From Protoeuglena noctilucae (Eukaryota): DNA of 64,000 bases. The notes under the pieces were generated by a model. That model did no database searches. It was not told the DNA's origin and saw only the letters and a list, made by a program, of their open reading frames with translations. The stretch's first letter is position 1, and every line of letters starts with the position of its first letter. A program made the position numbers and the translations under genes. The DNA lies in the NCBI GenBank assembly GCA_958009085.1, contig OY253676.1:248001-312000 (forward strand), read 5' to 3'. Positions 1 through 13,406 of this stretch are shown here, piece after piece.

Positions 1-46
1 TCCCCATCATAACCCTCCCCATCACAGCCCTCCCCGTCACACAACC
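1..46. repeat. Intronic ~15-bp imperfect tandem repeat (about 3 copies)
   Basis: tccccatcataaccc / tccccatcacagccc / tccccgtcacacaacc, upstream of the AG acceptor at 71-72. Confidence 0.55.
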
Positions 47-72
47 AACCCTGTGTCTCTGCCATCACTCAG

Positions 73-2215
73 GTGCTCCTGCCTCCGCTCGTGTCGCTCC
101 TGGCGTTGACGGACGCCGCGGCGGTCAACGCGGCGTGGGAGGCCCTGGGGACGCTGACGTTGTCCATTCCCAAGGAGTCGTACCCATCTCTCGTGCGCAA
201 CATGCGGGACGCGGTGGGTGCCGCCACAGAGCGTGCGAGGTCCCGAGGAGAGGCCACGGTCGCTGGGCTCTGCCTTCCCAAGGGCATGCAGCCCATCGTG
301 CCCATCTACATCCAGGGACTGCTCCAGGGCACGTCGACCGAGCTCAGGTGACGTGACGACTGCGCGTTGCTGGCGCCGTCTCGTGCACAGAATGATAGGT
401 GTATGGATACTAGCATGGATACTAGCATATAGACTGCACAAACCCTCTTTTCTGCCATCGCTACCTACTAGTTATCAGCAGCATTTTTAACACCCAACCA
501 CGTCTCCATTCCCGACGCAGGGAGTCCGCGGCACGCGGTCTGGGGGACCTGGTGGCCGCGACGACCGAGGAGGCCCTAAAGCCGTTCGTGCTCCAGATCA
601 CGGGCCCGCTGATTCGCATCATCGGCGACCGCTTCCCGTGGGAGATCAAGGCCGCCATTCTGCAGACGCTGGGCCTCATCATCGGGAAGGGCAGGGCGGC
701 CCTCAAGCCCTTCGTGCCGCAACTCCAGACGTCCTTCCTCAAGTGCCTGACAGACACGACGCCGCAAGTGAGAGCGGGCGCTTTGCTGGATACCCCAGGC
801 GTGCCACTGCGTGTGTGGAGAGCCTGGGGCTGCGTGCGGCACGCGACTTGCCTCCTTGGCTGGGCGCTGCCGACTGCCCTTGTGCATGTGCGGTGGCTGA
901 CGTGTTGTTTGTGGCTTGCTGACGCATGCAGACCCTCCCGGCGCAGGTACGGGGCACGGCTGCGGCCAACCTGGGTTCCCTGTCGCGCATGAGCGCCCGC
1001 GTCGACCAGCTTGCCACCGAGCTGGCGTCGTCGGCAAAGGTCCAGGACGCCGCCTCTGCCGAGGGGTTCCTGCGGGCGCTGCGTGGCGTTCTGCATGAGT
1101 CCGGGGAGAGGCTCAAGGAGGACTCGCTGGGCACTATCGGAGAGGCGCTGAGGTGAGTGGCTGGGCCGGTGAAGGTGGGGCCGTGCGCACATCAGATGAC
1201 GTGCGACGCACGGCCAGCCAGCCACGTCGACTGTGCGCCGCGTTGCGCAGGTCGCTGGCCGCGCAGCACCGGGGGAGCACGGAGCACGAGGCGACGCGGT
1301 CGGCCCTGGCCGGGTGCATTGGGGCGTTTGTCGGGTGCGCGACTCCCGCAGATGCCGGTGAGATGCTCGCCACGTACGCGGGTGGGGACCCGGGAGTCCC
1401 CCGCGAGGAGATCCACTTCCAAGCTCTGGTTCTCGTCGCGGCGGCGCGGTTCAGCGCCGCTCGGTCGTTCGAGGTGGGCAGGGGGGATGAGCGGCAGGGG
1501 AATGCACAACATGCGCTGGTCTGGCGTGTGGCAGCCGGGCGATGGCCTGCGGGAGAGCAAAGCGTTTTTTTTGTGATATGTGCAGGTCGCGGGTGCGGCT
1601 GAGATCGCCGCGGGTATCGTACGGCTGGCGCGCGTGGACTGCTTTGAGGCAAGGGACTGCCTGGGGGCGGCCATCGCTGGGTTCGCGGAGACCGAGCTGG
1701 CCCAAGGCCGGCGCGAGTTCACGCTCGCTGTCCTCTCCGCCTTCCCCATCCTGCTGGGCCCGGACATGTTCGCCTCGGTGCAGGTGAGGAGGGCGAATTG
1801 ACAGCGTAGCGCATGTTAATGCCCATCTTGTGGTCGCTGCTTCGCGTCCGCACCTCCCGCGATGGAATCTTCATGATCTGATCTTTGCGATGTCGCGCAG
1901 GTGAATGCGCTCCGCGCGCTGCGTCGGATGGAGGAGGCCAAGGAGGGCTGCCTGCTGGACCAGCAAAACGTGCTGCTGCCCGCGCTGTGCACGTCCGTGG
2001 ACGCCCTGACGGGCCTGCACAAGATTTACGCCGAGCGCACCCTTGGGCGCATCGCGGGCGTCGTGAGCGGGAGCGGGGCGGTCGAGGCGTTCCTGGCGTC
2101 TGGGGAGGCCTCCGCGGGCGTCCGGCGCATGCTCAACGATACCTATCTGCAGCGGCTCATGCGGCTTGCGGAGACGCCCGAGGAGGAGGACGAGTTCGAC
2201 GACCTGGGACTCTAA
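73..2215 (+). CDS. GCN1: GCN1/ILITYHIA HEAT-repeat translational activator, 3' part (5' end outside window)
   Basis: Spliced exons give ESAARGLGDLVAATTEEALKPFVLQITGPLIRIIGDRFPWEIKAAILQTL...LKPFVPQLQTSFLKCL, matching the GCN1 C-terminal HEAT region as I recall it. GT-AG introns; TAA at 2213-2215. Confidence 0.88.
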
Positions 2216-2491
2216 AGAAGAAGACCTGATGCGCTGGGGATCGCAAATTTCTGACGGCTGCTTACGCTTTCCATGCCGAGATTTCTGCGGAGTTTCTCCG
2301 GCAGTTGTTGAATAAAGGTTCGCAACTACAGCTAGATCAGGCCTGGCGCACTCCCAATCGCTCCCAATTGCTTCCCGTAAGGCTTGCAACAAGGGTCCTG
2401 TCCGGTCCTGCGACGAGGGAGGGCTTGGCATCAAAGCGCGCTTTCCCACGCATTCGAGATACATCACCGTAGGCAAGGGCACCCGCGCCCC

Positions 2492-4905
2492 ATGGCGCGG
2501 GCTCTGAGTGACGAGCAGAAGGCTGCGGCGGTGGAGGCGTTCCGGGCCCTGGGTCTGTGCCAAGAGCTGGCCGAGGCCGCCGCGAGTCTGGTGAGTGGAA
2601 GATGCAGCTTTGGATGGCAGGCTGCAGTGGCAATGGAGCTTGGCGTCGTCCGAGCACTCTGCGGCGCGCGGGCCCCGGGCAGCAGCCGCCGGGTCGCAAG
2701 GCGCGTGCGCCGTCCCCGAGCTTTCGCGACCCAGGACAAGCAGGCCAGCGCACTTCCTCTGTAAATTTTGTATTGCTGGCGCGTCCTCGTCGCGCGAGCA
2801 GGAGCCTGCGCGCAACCACGCTGCCCTCACCTAAAAGTGGCTGGGCGCGACAGATTGCTTGCTCTCACACCCTTCCCAATGCTCAGCGCGAACGCAGTAA
2901 TCATGCTTGATGTCTGTGCAGGGATGGGAGCGGCCCACACCGGTCCAGGAGAAGGCGGTGCCCCATCTCCTGGATGGCAAGGACGTGATCGGGCTCGCGC
3001 AGACGGGGTCGGGGAAGACAGGTCCGCGCATGATGCAAGATGTTGTATAGATGTCGCTGCAGCGCTTGGTACCGCGCGTGATGCTTACGGATGCCCGTAC
3101 TGCGCTGCGCAGGGGCCTTTGCGATGCCCATCATCCAGGGCCTGCTTGACAAGCCCCAAGCGCTGTACGCCCTCGTCCTCTCTCCGACGCGTGAGCTGGC
3201 TATCCAGATCGCCGAGCATTTCGAGGCGCTGGGGGCCGGGGTGGGACTCAAGACGGCAGGTGTGACGCTGTGCAGCTCGCTGTTGCGCCCGCCGTCTGCT
3301 CACTGCACCACGTGTGCGGACAAGTCTCGGTCTTCGCACGCTTTTCGCAGTGCTTGTCGGGGGCGTCGACATGATGGCGCAGGCCATCGCCTTGGCCCGG
3401 CGACCCCACGTGATTGTGGGCACGCCGGGGCGTGTCGTGGACCATCTGAGCAACACCAAGGGCTTCAGTCTCAAGGCCTTGAAGCACTTGGTGCTCGATG
3501 AGGCCGACAGGTGGGCGCCAGCTGCATGGAGAGGGAGTTGCGGGGCGCCTATCCACGGGCAATGCGTTTGGCCAGCACCTGCGCTGCAGAGGGACGGCCA
3601 ATGTGTGATCGCCTGCAGGCTCCTGAACATGGAGTTTGAGCAGGAGATCGACCAGATCCTCAAGGTCATTCCCCGGGAGCGCCAGACGCAGCTCTTCAGC
3701 GCGACCATGACCAGCAAGGTCCAGAAGCTGCAGAGGGCGTGCCTGCAGGTGCGACAGTTGCAACGTAACTGAAACACGACACACGATGCTCTCTTGGCAG
3801 TGTCTGTTGACCAGTGCGGTGTGCTGCAAGTCTTGGGTCCTCATCGCTGCTGCGCAGAACCCCGTGAAGGTGGAGGTGGCGTCTCACAACCACCAGACCG
3901 CGGACAACCTCCGGCAGCAGTACCTGTTCGTCCCAGCCAAGCACAAGGACTGCTACCTGGCCTACGTGCTCACGGAGATGGCGGGGTCCACGGCGATGCT
4001 CTTCACGAGGACCTGCGACGCCACGCGCCGAGTGGCGCTCACGCTGGTGAGGTGGTGCGCAAGGGTTCGCCGCGTCTGCATCATGCGTGGCTATAGATGG
4101 CCAGTGCCAATGTCTTTGCCCTGTGTTGGCGTCATTGACCTCGTGTGCATGTGTGTGCCCGCAGCGCAACCTGGGCTTCGGGGCCGTGCCGATCCACGGG
4201 CAGATGTCCCAGCCCAAGCGCCTGGCGGCTCTCAACAAATTCAAGACTGGCGATCGCAACATCCTCGTGGCGACGGACGTGGCCTCCCGTGGCCTCGACA
4301 TCCCTAGTGTCGACTTGGTCCTTAACTACGGTGAGAGGCACGAGAGGCGCTGGGGGTTGCCCTAAAGGGTGATAGCACGTGCTGCGGGGTTTACTTGGAC
4401 TGCATTGTGCAGGAGAAAGGTTGAAGCCGAGCTGGGCGTACTGAGTGGTACGATGTGTGCGTGCGTCACCCGCAGACGTGCCGACCAACAGCAAGGACTA
4501 CGTGCACAGGGTCGGGCGCACGGCGCGTGCGGGCCGCAGCGGGCGGGCCGTGACGGTCGTGACGCAGTATGACGTGGAGATGTTCCAGCGCATCGAGGAG
4601 CTGATCAAGGCGCGTGGCACGTGGCGACGCTCGTTGCCTATGAAGCACCTCGCTCGTCCTCGAGCGCACCGACGCGACCGTCCGATCGTGCTCTGCACTC
4701 GCAGCTCAAGATGGAGGAGTACCCGACGCAGGAGGACCAGGTGCTGCTGCTGCAGGAGCGGGTGTCCGAGGCACAGCGTCTGGCGGCGATGGTGATGCGG
4801 GAAAAGGACGCGGCGAGGAAGGGGAAGCGCAAGGGGCGCGGGGACGACGAGGAGACGGCAGCGGGGCTGGGGATGAAGCTGGGGGGCGGCAAGCGGCGAA
4901 AATGA
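2492..4905 (+). CDS. DDX47: DEAD-box RNA helicase DDX47/RRP3
   Basis: Motifs [66 protein letters not shown] and [12 protein letters not shown] are typical of RRP3. Last intron (4610-4704) is GC-AG. Confidence 0.93.
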
Positions 4906-5115
4906 ACAGCTCTGGCGCGAGTAGCGTCAGAGGATGCGGATTGAACTGAGCCGTCGACGCTGCAGAGCATATCTGACGCAGGTTACCTGTGTTTGGCCAC
5001 CTGCCGCGAGCCTTCGCGCAAATCGATCTCATTCCTTATTCAGTCACCAACTTGCTGTTGATGAAGCTTTGGCACACCGGCTAGGGCGCCGGCGACTGAC
5101 CACACTGCCTTGGAG

Positions 5116-7306
5116 ATGGCGAGCGGGACCGGTAGGGCGGGCGGGGTCGATGAGGACCTCGTCATAGGCACTGGGGAGTTGACGTTCGGGAAACTGCTCG
5201 GTCGGGGCGCTTGGGGCGAGGTCTTCCGCGGCAGGCTGCGCAATAACCGCGAGGTCGCCATCAAGCTTCTGGACCTGGCGGGCGTGGCGCAAGCTTCGCA
5301 GTTCCTGCGCGGGAAGGAGGCGCTGCTGCGGATGGCCGCGGATCTGAGGGGCAGCAAGCGCGTATGCCGGCTGCTGGGCATCGGGGTGAAAGACGGAAAG
5401 CCGTACGCTGTTATGCCACTGTTCCGCGAGTCGCTGGCGCGGCGCGTCATAAATCAAGGCCCTCTGAAGCCGGACGAGTTGCTTGAGGCGGCAGTGCAGG
5501 TGCTGGAGGGGCTGCAGGACCTCCACGCTCGCTGGATCGTGCATGGGGCTGTTAAACCGTCCAACGTGCTGATGGAGGACAGCGGTGGATTGGTCCTGGC
5601 GGACTACGGGCTCAGGAGCGTGGCGGAAGCGATGGGCGTGCCGGTGAGCGCGGCGAGGTAAGGACAAGGCGGGGTTGCCACGACAGACAGACCGCAGCGT
5701 GCGACCCCGTTGCCGTGTCTTGTGCCGCAGTTCGACGAGCAAAGCGCAGTAGGAGGGGCCTTGGCTGCGCAGTACCTGCCGCCAGAGGGTTGGACTTCGG
5801 AGCTAGGATCAATGACGGCAGCGTCGGACGCGTACGCGGCGGCGGCGACGCTGTGCTTCGCAGCTTCGGGACAGCCGCCGTTTGGGTCCAAGAGCGTGTT
5901 GCAGGTCATGGCAGACGTGCTGACGCTGAAGCGGCTCCCAAAGGTGCCCGAGACCGTGCCGGAGCCGCTGCGGTCGGCGCTGCGAGGGGCGCTGGTGTCC
6001 CAGCCGGGGGAGCGGACGACGGTGGCGGAGATGCTCAGGGCTGCGAGGGAGACCAGGCGAGCATAGTGCTGTAGTCGACAGGGCAACAACCCGGGAACAA
6101 CCTGGGAGTTCCAAGATGTGATGCGCAGCTCGTGTTTGCCCTTGCAGAGAGTCCCGCAGGCGCGCGGAGGGAGCTGAGGCAACACATGCGACGGGGACGG
6201 AGGCGGGAGGGTCGGAGGATGCGGCCGTGCGTGCCGAGAGGAGGGGTCGCTTGATCGATCTGCGTGGCAAGGACATGGTCCTGTCGGAAGCGCTGGTGGC
6301 GGATGGGCCGAACGCGGTTATCACGGTGCGCGGCGGGTCGGTGACGGCGCCGACGAATTGGTTTGGGTCCGCGAAGCCTTTCGCCCTCGTGGCACGCAAG
6401 GGAGGGCTGCTGCGGCTGGACAACGTGCAGGTTGTCGCATCGGGGGTGCTGTGCGAGGACGGCGGGCGCGTGGAGTTGGTGCAGTCCATGATCCTGGGGG
6501 CGCCCTCCGAGGGGATGATGTGCAAGGGGACGGGCAGCAGGGTATCGATGCAGGGAGGGGTCATTAAGGACCCATCCATGCACGGCATCATCTGCGACAT
6601 GGGCAGTTATGTGGAGCTGCATGGCGTGGAGATTTCCGACTGCCATTACATGGGCATCGTGCCCCGTGGCCCGGACAGCAAGGTGGTGGCGGACGGGTGC
6701 CGCATCTCGCGGTGTAGGCACGCCCATGGGGTGTCCTGTGAGGATGGCGGGCGGGCCGAGTTGCGGGACGTGAGGATCGCGGGGTGCGGGGGTGTTGGCG
6801 TCTATTGCGAGGGTGACGGAACCTCTGCGGTCATTCGGGGGGGGCGCATTGCCGATACCACGCAGGCAGGGCTGGTCTGCCGAAGCGCAGCGCGGGTGGA
6901 GATGCGGAATGTGGAGATTGCAAAGTCTAAGGGCATCGGCGTGGTGGTCACCCATCGGAGGAGCAAGGTGGTTGCGCAGGGCGGACGCATCAAGGGCTGT
7001 AACAACAAAGGGATCCTATGCCAGGATGGCGGGACGGTGGAGATGGGGGCCGTGGAGGTCAGCAATTGCCGGGGCGGCGGCTTTCACGTGCAGTCCTCGG
7101 GGAGCAAGGCGGTCGTGCGTGGGGGCCGCATCGCGGGCTGCAAGGAGGGCGACGGGGTGTGCTGTGTGGACGGCGGGCAGGCGGAGGTGCGGGACGTGGA
7201 GATCGCAAACTGCGGGAAGTACGGCCTCTGTTCCTCAGGGGGCAGCGTGAGGCACAGCGGGTGCACCTTCACGGGGTGCGGCGAGGGGTCCCGGTTCGGC
7301 TGTTAA
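5116..7306 (+). CDS. Protein kinase-fold (probable pseudokinase) fused to right-handed beta-helix repeats
   Basis: Exons 5116-5643, 5731-6056 and 6148-7306 join in frame (second intron GC-AG). GRGAWGEV, VAIK, HGAVKPSN, DYG, YLPPE, followed by ~23-aa G-x-x-C/V-x-x-G-G repeats. Confidence 0.75.
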
Positions 7307-7351
7307 GGAGGGAGCATTGCCATGCGGCCGTTTCAAGCGCGTCCTTTTGAA

Positions 7352-10145
7352 CTAACTCTTGCCAGATGGCGACCGGGCCAGCTCCCTGCCCAGCTCAATG
7401 CCCAAACTCGTCAAGCGAGACACCGCCCTGCCGATCCCGCCACTTATGCCGGCGACTGCACCTGAAGGGGCTGCCCCTTCAGGCCTGCCGCCCTGCTCCC
7501 CACCATCCTCGCCCCTACCGTGTCCGTCCTTTATGACTCCCTCCAGCATGCTGGCGCCGCGTATGGCCATGGACACGGCGCTCCGCATCAGATACCGCGC
7601 GCCGGACCCAGCCGCTGCTGCCCACGGGTGCCCCGCCACCCCAGGCCTCAACAGAGCGCCCTGCCACCCGTCCGCCGGCCCAGGCTCCGCCGCATGCACA
7701 TCCTCTTGGCCTCCCCTCCCAGAGTGCCGCTCCGTGAAGCTGTGCACCTGCAGAAGCAAGTGGCGTGCAAGGCATGTACCAGTCGTGAATCCATGACCCC
7801 ACTTACACGCGCCCTTGTTGATAACAACTGCGTCGCTTACCATTACGAACCCTCCCTCGTCGTCGTCCATATCCTCCATCTGCCCACGCGCCCAGGGCCG
7901 GTCCGCCCAGCCGCCTTCCTCCAGGGCAGCAAGCACGCGCATCAGCTGAGGCCGACTCTGCGTTGTAACAGCAAGACGGCCTCTCAAAGTGGCACCACGA
8001 GACACGCCAACTCAAGTTCCTAACAAGATGCTTCTGTTGCTGAAAAACCTCACCTCACGAGCTTCACCCAGAGCCGCCACCGCAGCATCACCCGCCGATC
8101 CGCGCCCGCCCCCCGCCACCCCCGCCAGCACGCTCGCAGCCATCAGCCCCTGCCGCTTGCCCAAGCGGCCCCAGAGGCCAACCGCGTCCCCCGCGGGACT
8201 CCACACGCTCATCGCTGGGTCGTGCATGCTTCGATGGCCCAGCATCGCCGATGCCGTCGACAGTCGCGACAGTGCCTTGGCTGCGCGGACCAACTGCGGT
8301 GATAGAGAGAGCACGAAGCAATGGATCGAGCAACTACCTACCCACGAAGCGGCATTAGCACCTCTCAGACGCAGTCACATGAGCTCACGGAGAGCAGCCG
8401 ATCCCGTGTCTCACCAGCACCGTCGGTGGCCAACCGCTCTCCTCCGCCACCCTCTCCCTCGCGGCCCATGGCAGCGCCTCCACTGCGACGACCCGCATGT
8501 GTCGGAACAGCCCCTTCACCCCGTGTGCCAGCGCCAAGAGCTCCGCCTCTGCCACCGCCTCTGCAGTCACCCCCGCCGCCCCGGCACCCGGCGCGCCCGC
8601 AGCTGACCCCACGCCGACGCCGACGCCCACGGCGTGCGCAATGTCCTCGGCTGCGGTGGTCGTCGCGGGCAGCCAGGCCACCGGGAGGCGCGCATCGCTT
8701 GGAGTCGGGCCCATGCAAGACGCAAACGTGCTCGGCACCACGCAACGGGCGGTGGGACCGGCGCCCTCGAGGTGGACGAGCACCGGGGTGGCGCGCGCGA
8801 GCGACAGGGCCTCGGCGAGCGCGGCGAGGGCCTCGAGGGCAGCGCAGGCACGCTGAGCAGCGGCCTCATCACCGGGGCGCGCCACGGGGGGCATGCCGAC
8901 GAGGTCGAGGGCTTTGGTCGGGACCAGCACGCTGCCCAGGACGACCGCGGACGGGACGGGCGGCGAGGGCTCGGCGCCCGCGGGCCGGTCGCGTGGGCGC
9001 GGCTTGGCCACCCCTGTGGTCGAGTCAGGGACGTGGGGCATCGCACATGCCACTGGCGTTGCACGAGTCGGTGGAGGCGGAACGCATGCAGAGGGCGGCC
9101 TCACTCTGCGGGACCAGCATGTGCGCTCCCAGGCACCGCCGCATGGGGCCGATGACCGTGGGCAGCACTTGCTCGACGCGGAGCTGGCTCAGTCGGCAGG
9201 CGACCTCGAGAGCGTCGCGCGCCGCTTGACGCGCCTCGTCTTGGTGCTTCTGGGAGGACGGGGGCCCGCGCGAGGCACTGGGCGTCGCACTATATGCGAG
9301 AAGTGAGAAGCATCGCAAGCCGTGTCCCTCACTACTCGCCTCCCACTGCGCGACGCGGTCTCGCAAGCGAGCCAGGGACTCTTTTCGCCGACGCACGTCC
9401 ATGTCAATGCTTTGCACGCGGTCCTTCGCCTCCCTGGGGGCGCAGCAAGGGTGGGGCGTTGCAACACAATCACGAAATCCTTTGAAGCGTGACCCCGCGT
9501 AGATATTCTCTCACGCGACCAACTCCTCAGCGACGCGTAACCGCGAACGTGTGCTCTCCAGACGCGCGCGGGCCTCCGTCACGGCTGCGGCGCGCTCGGA
9601 GAGCCGTGCGCGCATGGCCACGTCCTCTGCCAGCTGCGTCGGCGATATCGGTGGCGCGTCGCTCGCAAGTCTCATCCACCGCAGCACTCTGTACCTATAT
9701 AAGGAGGACGGTCTGCAAACGGGCCATTTCATCGGCACGGGAAGCGGTAACTCGCCGTGACCCTAGGCGCGCTCGTCACCTGCCCGCGGAGCGTCTCTGC
9801 CTTCGACTTGGCCTCCGCCACACGCTGTCGGAGAGTGCGACACGAACGTGCCACGCATGGTGGGCAAACGAGCTGCGAGGGAAGCCACGGAGAGGCCGAT
9901 GACGCACGCTTTGGTTAACCGCGTTGCGCGGAGCCCGCAAGTCGGTTTGGCCACGCGCGCCGCGCTGGGTTAGTCGAGGGACCGCAGTGCCTATGCGCAC
10001 TCCCGCAATTCGCTCCGTGGCAGGCGCGGTCAGCGCCCATCACCTGCCCTACGTGGTTGTGGCACAGGTGGCAAGGGGCCACCGCTGCCCTCGCCCGCGT
10101 CGAGGTGCCAGCGGCATCGATGGCGCCCTGGGCCTCGTCCGACAT
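7352..10145 (-). CDS. ATG14: ATG14/UVRAG-like PI3K complex subunit (multi-exon)
   Basis: Spliced N-terminus ...CHLCHNHVGQ|LVCPPCVARS gives the paired CxxC motif, then coiled coil (RQRVAEAKSKAETLR, LSERAAAVTEARARLE). Acidic DDDEGGFVMV near the C-terminus resembles an ATG8-interacting motif. Internal exon limits are approximate. Confidence 0.6.
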
Positions 10146-10433
10146 CTCGGGCCAGCACGCAGGCCAGCGAGTAGCTATCCCCTGCACCCCATCATCAATC
10201 ACGGGATAGACTTGATGGTGTGCAAATTACCAAGCTCTGCAACTTTGTTGGGTTCACGATGCGTCTTCCCTGTAAACCATGGCCCCAGGTAGGTCCCTGA
10301 CGCCTCGCGTCAGCGACACGGGTCAGTCTCTGCTCTGTTCATGGGGCGCAGGTGGGAGCCAATGCGCGCAGAGCATATTGCGATGGCAACAACGTGTGCC
10401 ACCCCGTGCCAGGGTAGCGTCCACCCCCTCTAG

Positions 10434-10950
10434 ATGCTGGCGTGGCGGCCACCGGCCCCGGAAGTGGAAATCTGTGTCGTGTTCGGAAGGCTCGTGCTCT
10501 TCGGCAAGCACTGTGAAGCGCTCGCATATCTGCAACGCGCTGCTGTCTTCGCTGGGCTCCTTCTAACCGTGCTTTTGGTCGCTTGCGTGCTGCGCCCGGG
10601 TGAGCGACGAGCAGACGCGACGACGACCGTATCTCGCGGCTCCCATGATTGTGGAAACCCTGTCTGACGCACATGTCACGGCGTCGCTCTCCCCAGGACG
10701 GTGGCGCGCACGGCGGCCGCCCCGCTTGCCCAAGGACGGGCCTGCGAAAGCCGCCCCGCTGGCGCCGCCCAACGTCTCGCTGTGGGACGACGTTGACGGG
10801 GCGTTTGGTCACGATGACGAGAAGGAGGCGACGCTGATGTGGGGCAGCGCGACGGGGGACCCGCGCGAAAGGGAGGCGGATGGCAGCGCACCCGCATCTG
10901 GCGACCCCGTCCGCCACGTCGTCGATGCCTTTGCCAGAATGCGTCTCTGA
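10434..10950 (+). CDS. Hypothetical small single-TM protein (2 exons)
   Basis: Exon 10434-10599 (hydrophobic AAVFAGLLLTVLLVACVL) splices via GT-AG 10600-10696 in frame to an exon ending TGA at 10950. No family recognised. Confidence 0.4.
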
Positions 10951-11126
10951 AGCGCCGACGAGGTGAGCGAAGCATCCAGCGCGTCCCAGGCGAGCGCAGG
11001 CACCCATTCATGACTTGCGCGTGCCACGGTCGTGCTCGCAGGCTTCCACTTCTCTAATTCTCTTCATCTACAACTGCCTATTGCATTTGTCGGCCGCTTT
11101 ATCTCCCTGTTCCTCGCTGCTTTCTG

Positions 11127-12873
11127 CTAGACTGCCCTGTCCGCCCCGGACCCCTGGTGGCCCTCCGCGGCCCTTTTCCTCCCTCCTTTCCGCCTCCTGC
11201 GGGTAACAGTTGCCGCCGTCGTAGCCCCGTGCGCCGGCAGCAGCGTAGGCAGGCCGCCGCGGCCATTCGCTTACCGGATGCCATCGGGGGTGACCTGGTA
11301 CGGCACTGTGGCCTGGGGCATGTAGGGGCACTTGTGAAGGTGCGCATACGCTTGTCCGTCCTGCCAGAACAAAATGACACGGCTCGACGCGATGTGGCCC
11401 CACGAGTCGCCCAGGGCCGGGACCTGCAAGCGAGCAGTCGTGTTGCAACTGGTTCTCGCGTTAAGCCCGCCCGACCCAGACGCGCCTGTCGCAATGTCGC
11501 ACAGCTACGGCGTTCGAAGAGAGCGGCGTGGCCAGTCACCAGGCGGCTTGGTGCCCCTTGCGCTCCGGGCCGCGTGGTGACTTGGTTGATGAGGACCATG
11601 GCCACGTCGTGCTTGTCCGCCAGGCTCGCCAGCGTCTGCGCCATCTGCGCCAGCACGCGGGCCCGCTGCCCCGCGTCGACGACCCCTTGGCGGAAATGGA
11701 ACGTGATGGAGTCGAAGACAACCAGCCGCACGCGGGGGCTGCTCTCCAGGATCTGCACACTTTGCGGCAACGTGGGCCAGCGAGTTAAGGGTTCACCAGA
11801 GTGTGACGCGTCGGTGCATGATTCTACGGCGACTCCTGTGGAAGGACGCTGCCATGGCTGCATCCAGAACAGGTCTAAAATGTCTCACAAAGACGCGCCT
11901 GGGGGAGGTGGGCCACGAGCGCCATCTGCTCGGCGTAGTCGTGGATCCGGTAGTACCGCACGCGATCGAGGATCGCATGCTCCGTGAAGCCCTCGAGGGA
12001 CGCGCGCAACTGCTGTGCCACGGCCTCCTCCCGCCCGACGATGGCGCCCTCAAGGTGTCTGCGGGGGAGGTCGCATGTAGCAATCGTGGGCAGCAAGCGC
12101 GCACTCGCGGCCGGCGCAGACATGCCGGAGATGCATACATTATCGTAGAGTCCACCATCGCGCCCGCAAACCAGCACAAACAGCCCTGTCCGTGCGCGCT
12201 CACCTGCGCGCTCCTGCGGCAATGTCCTGGCATCTTTCCGGCGTGAAGGAGCCCTCCGTGTCGACGTAGATACACTCGCCGGCCGTCCCGCCGAACGAGC
12301 CCGGGAGCTGCACGGCGACGGCCAGCTGCATCGCCAGCTGCGTCTTGCCGACCCCCGGCACACCGCAGAACTCCGTCAGCTGCCCCAGCTTCACGCCCCC
12401 GCCAAGCATGGCATCCATCTCGGGACTGCGCGGAGAGCAGGACTGGCCTTGGTTGCGCCCGGGTGCCTTCCAGTGCTACTGGAAGGGTGGCGCTATTGCT
12501 GCTGGGTCCTTCGGCATCCCTCACCAGAACGTCGGGATCCCCGGCCCGCGCCTCCGCTCCTCGTCCAACATCTGAAGGGCGGTCCTCGCGTTCCTCGACT
12601 CATTCTCGGCCTTGCTCAATCGCGCGACCTGCGCAGGAGCACGCTGCTACCTCCGGGCCATGCCGCCAGCAACCGTGCATCCATCCGACGGGGCAAGGGC
12701 CGTGTCACCTTCAGAGTGAGGAGGGCGTCTTCGTGGGAAATGCCCGCGTCCCGGGCCAGGGTCAGAGGGTCCCATCCGATGAGGTCACGCAGCGTGTGGA
12801 ACCCAGCCTCCCCCAGGCGCTGCCGCACGGCAGGCGAGAGGGGCAGCGACGCCACAGGCTGCGAAGGTATCAT
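11127..12873 (-). CDS. RAD51C: RAD51 paralogue RAD51C
   Basis: [21 protein letters not shown] (Walker A), [20 protein letters not shown] (Walker B), [27 protein letters not shown]. Confidence 0.88.
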
Positions 12874-13406
12874 GTCGTCAGCCCGCGCCAGGCATCATTT
12901 CAGGCCACAGGCTCGAATCGCGGGCACGCACGCTGTGCGCAGTGGAGGCCCTGCTGCGCGCTAGCGAGGGCGGTCACCGACGCCAGAGCACGCACCGCAG
13001 CGAGTATGATGCTCGTTGGATTCTGCGAGCGTACTCGCGTCCCGATCCGCCGTCGAATCGAGCCAAACAAGGGTTGGGGTAATCTATTGTGTCAGAGTAG
13101 GGCGCCGGTGACTGATGGTGATGGAGACCACGTCGCTGACGTTTAGAACGCAGCTGGAGTGCAGACGTGAGCTCGGACGAATCCCCCTGATAGCTCGGCC
13201 CGGCGAAGTGTGGACGGCCGTTCCTAGCGCTTTTCCTCGCCCAATCTTCGTTGTGCATATCGGCTGGTGGGTTTGCGGGATCAATCCACCCCTTTGGCCT
13301 GGCTGCGGGCAATGGTGGTGCGGCGCCTCCGCCAGGAGAACTGAGTAGCGAGGGAGAGGTCCAAATCTAGGCTAGACGCCCTTCCGGCGGGCAGGGTCGG
13401 TGCTGG

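Noticed and set aside
2311..2316. AATAAA after the GCN1 stop as a poly(A) signal
   Set aside because: Not seen consistently after other genes in the window, so it cannot be supported.
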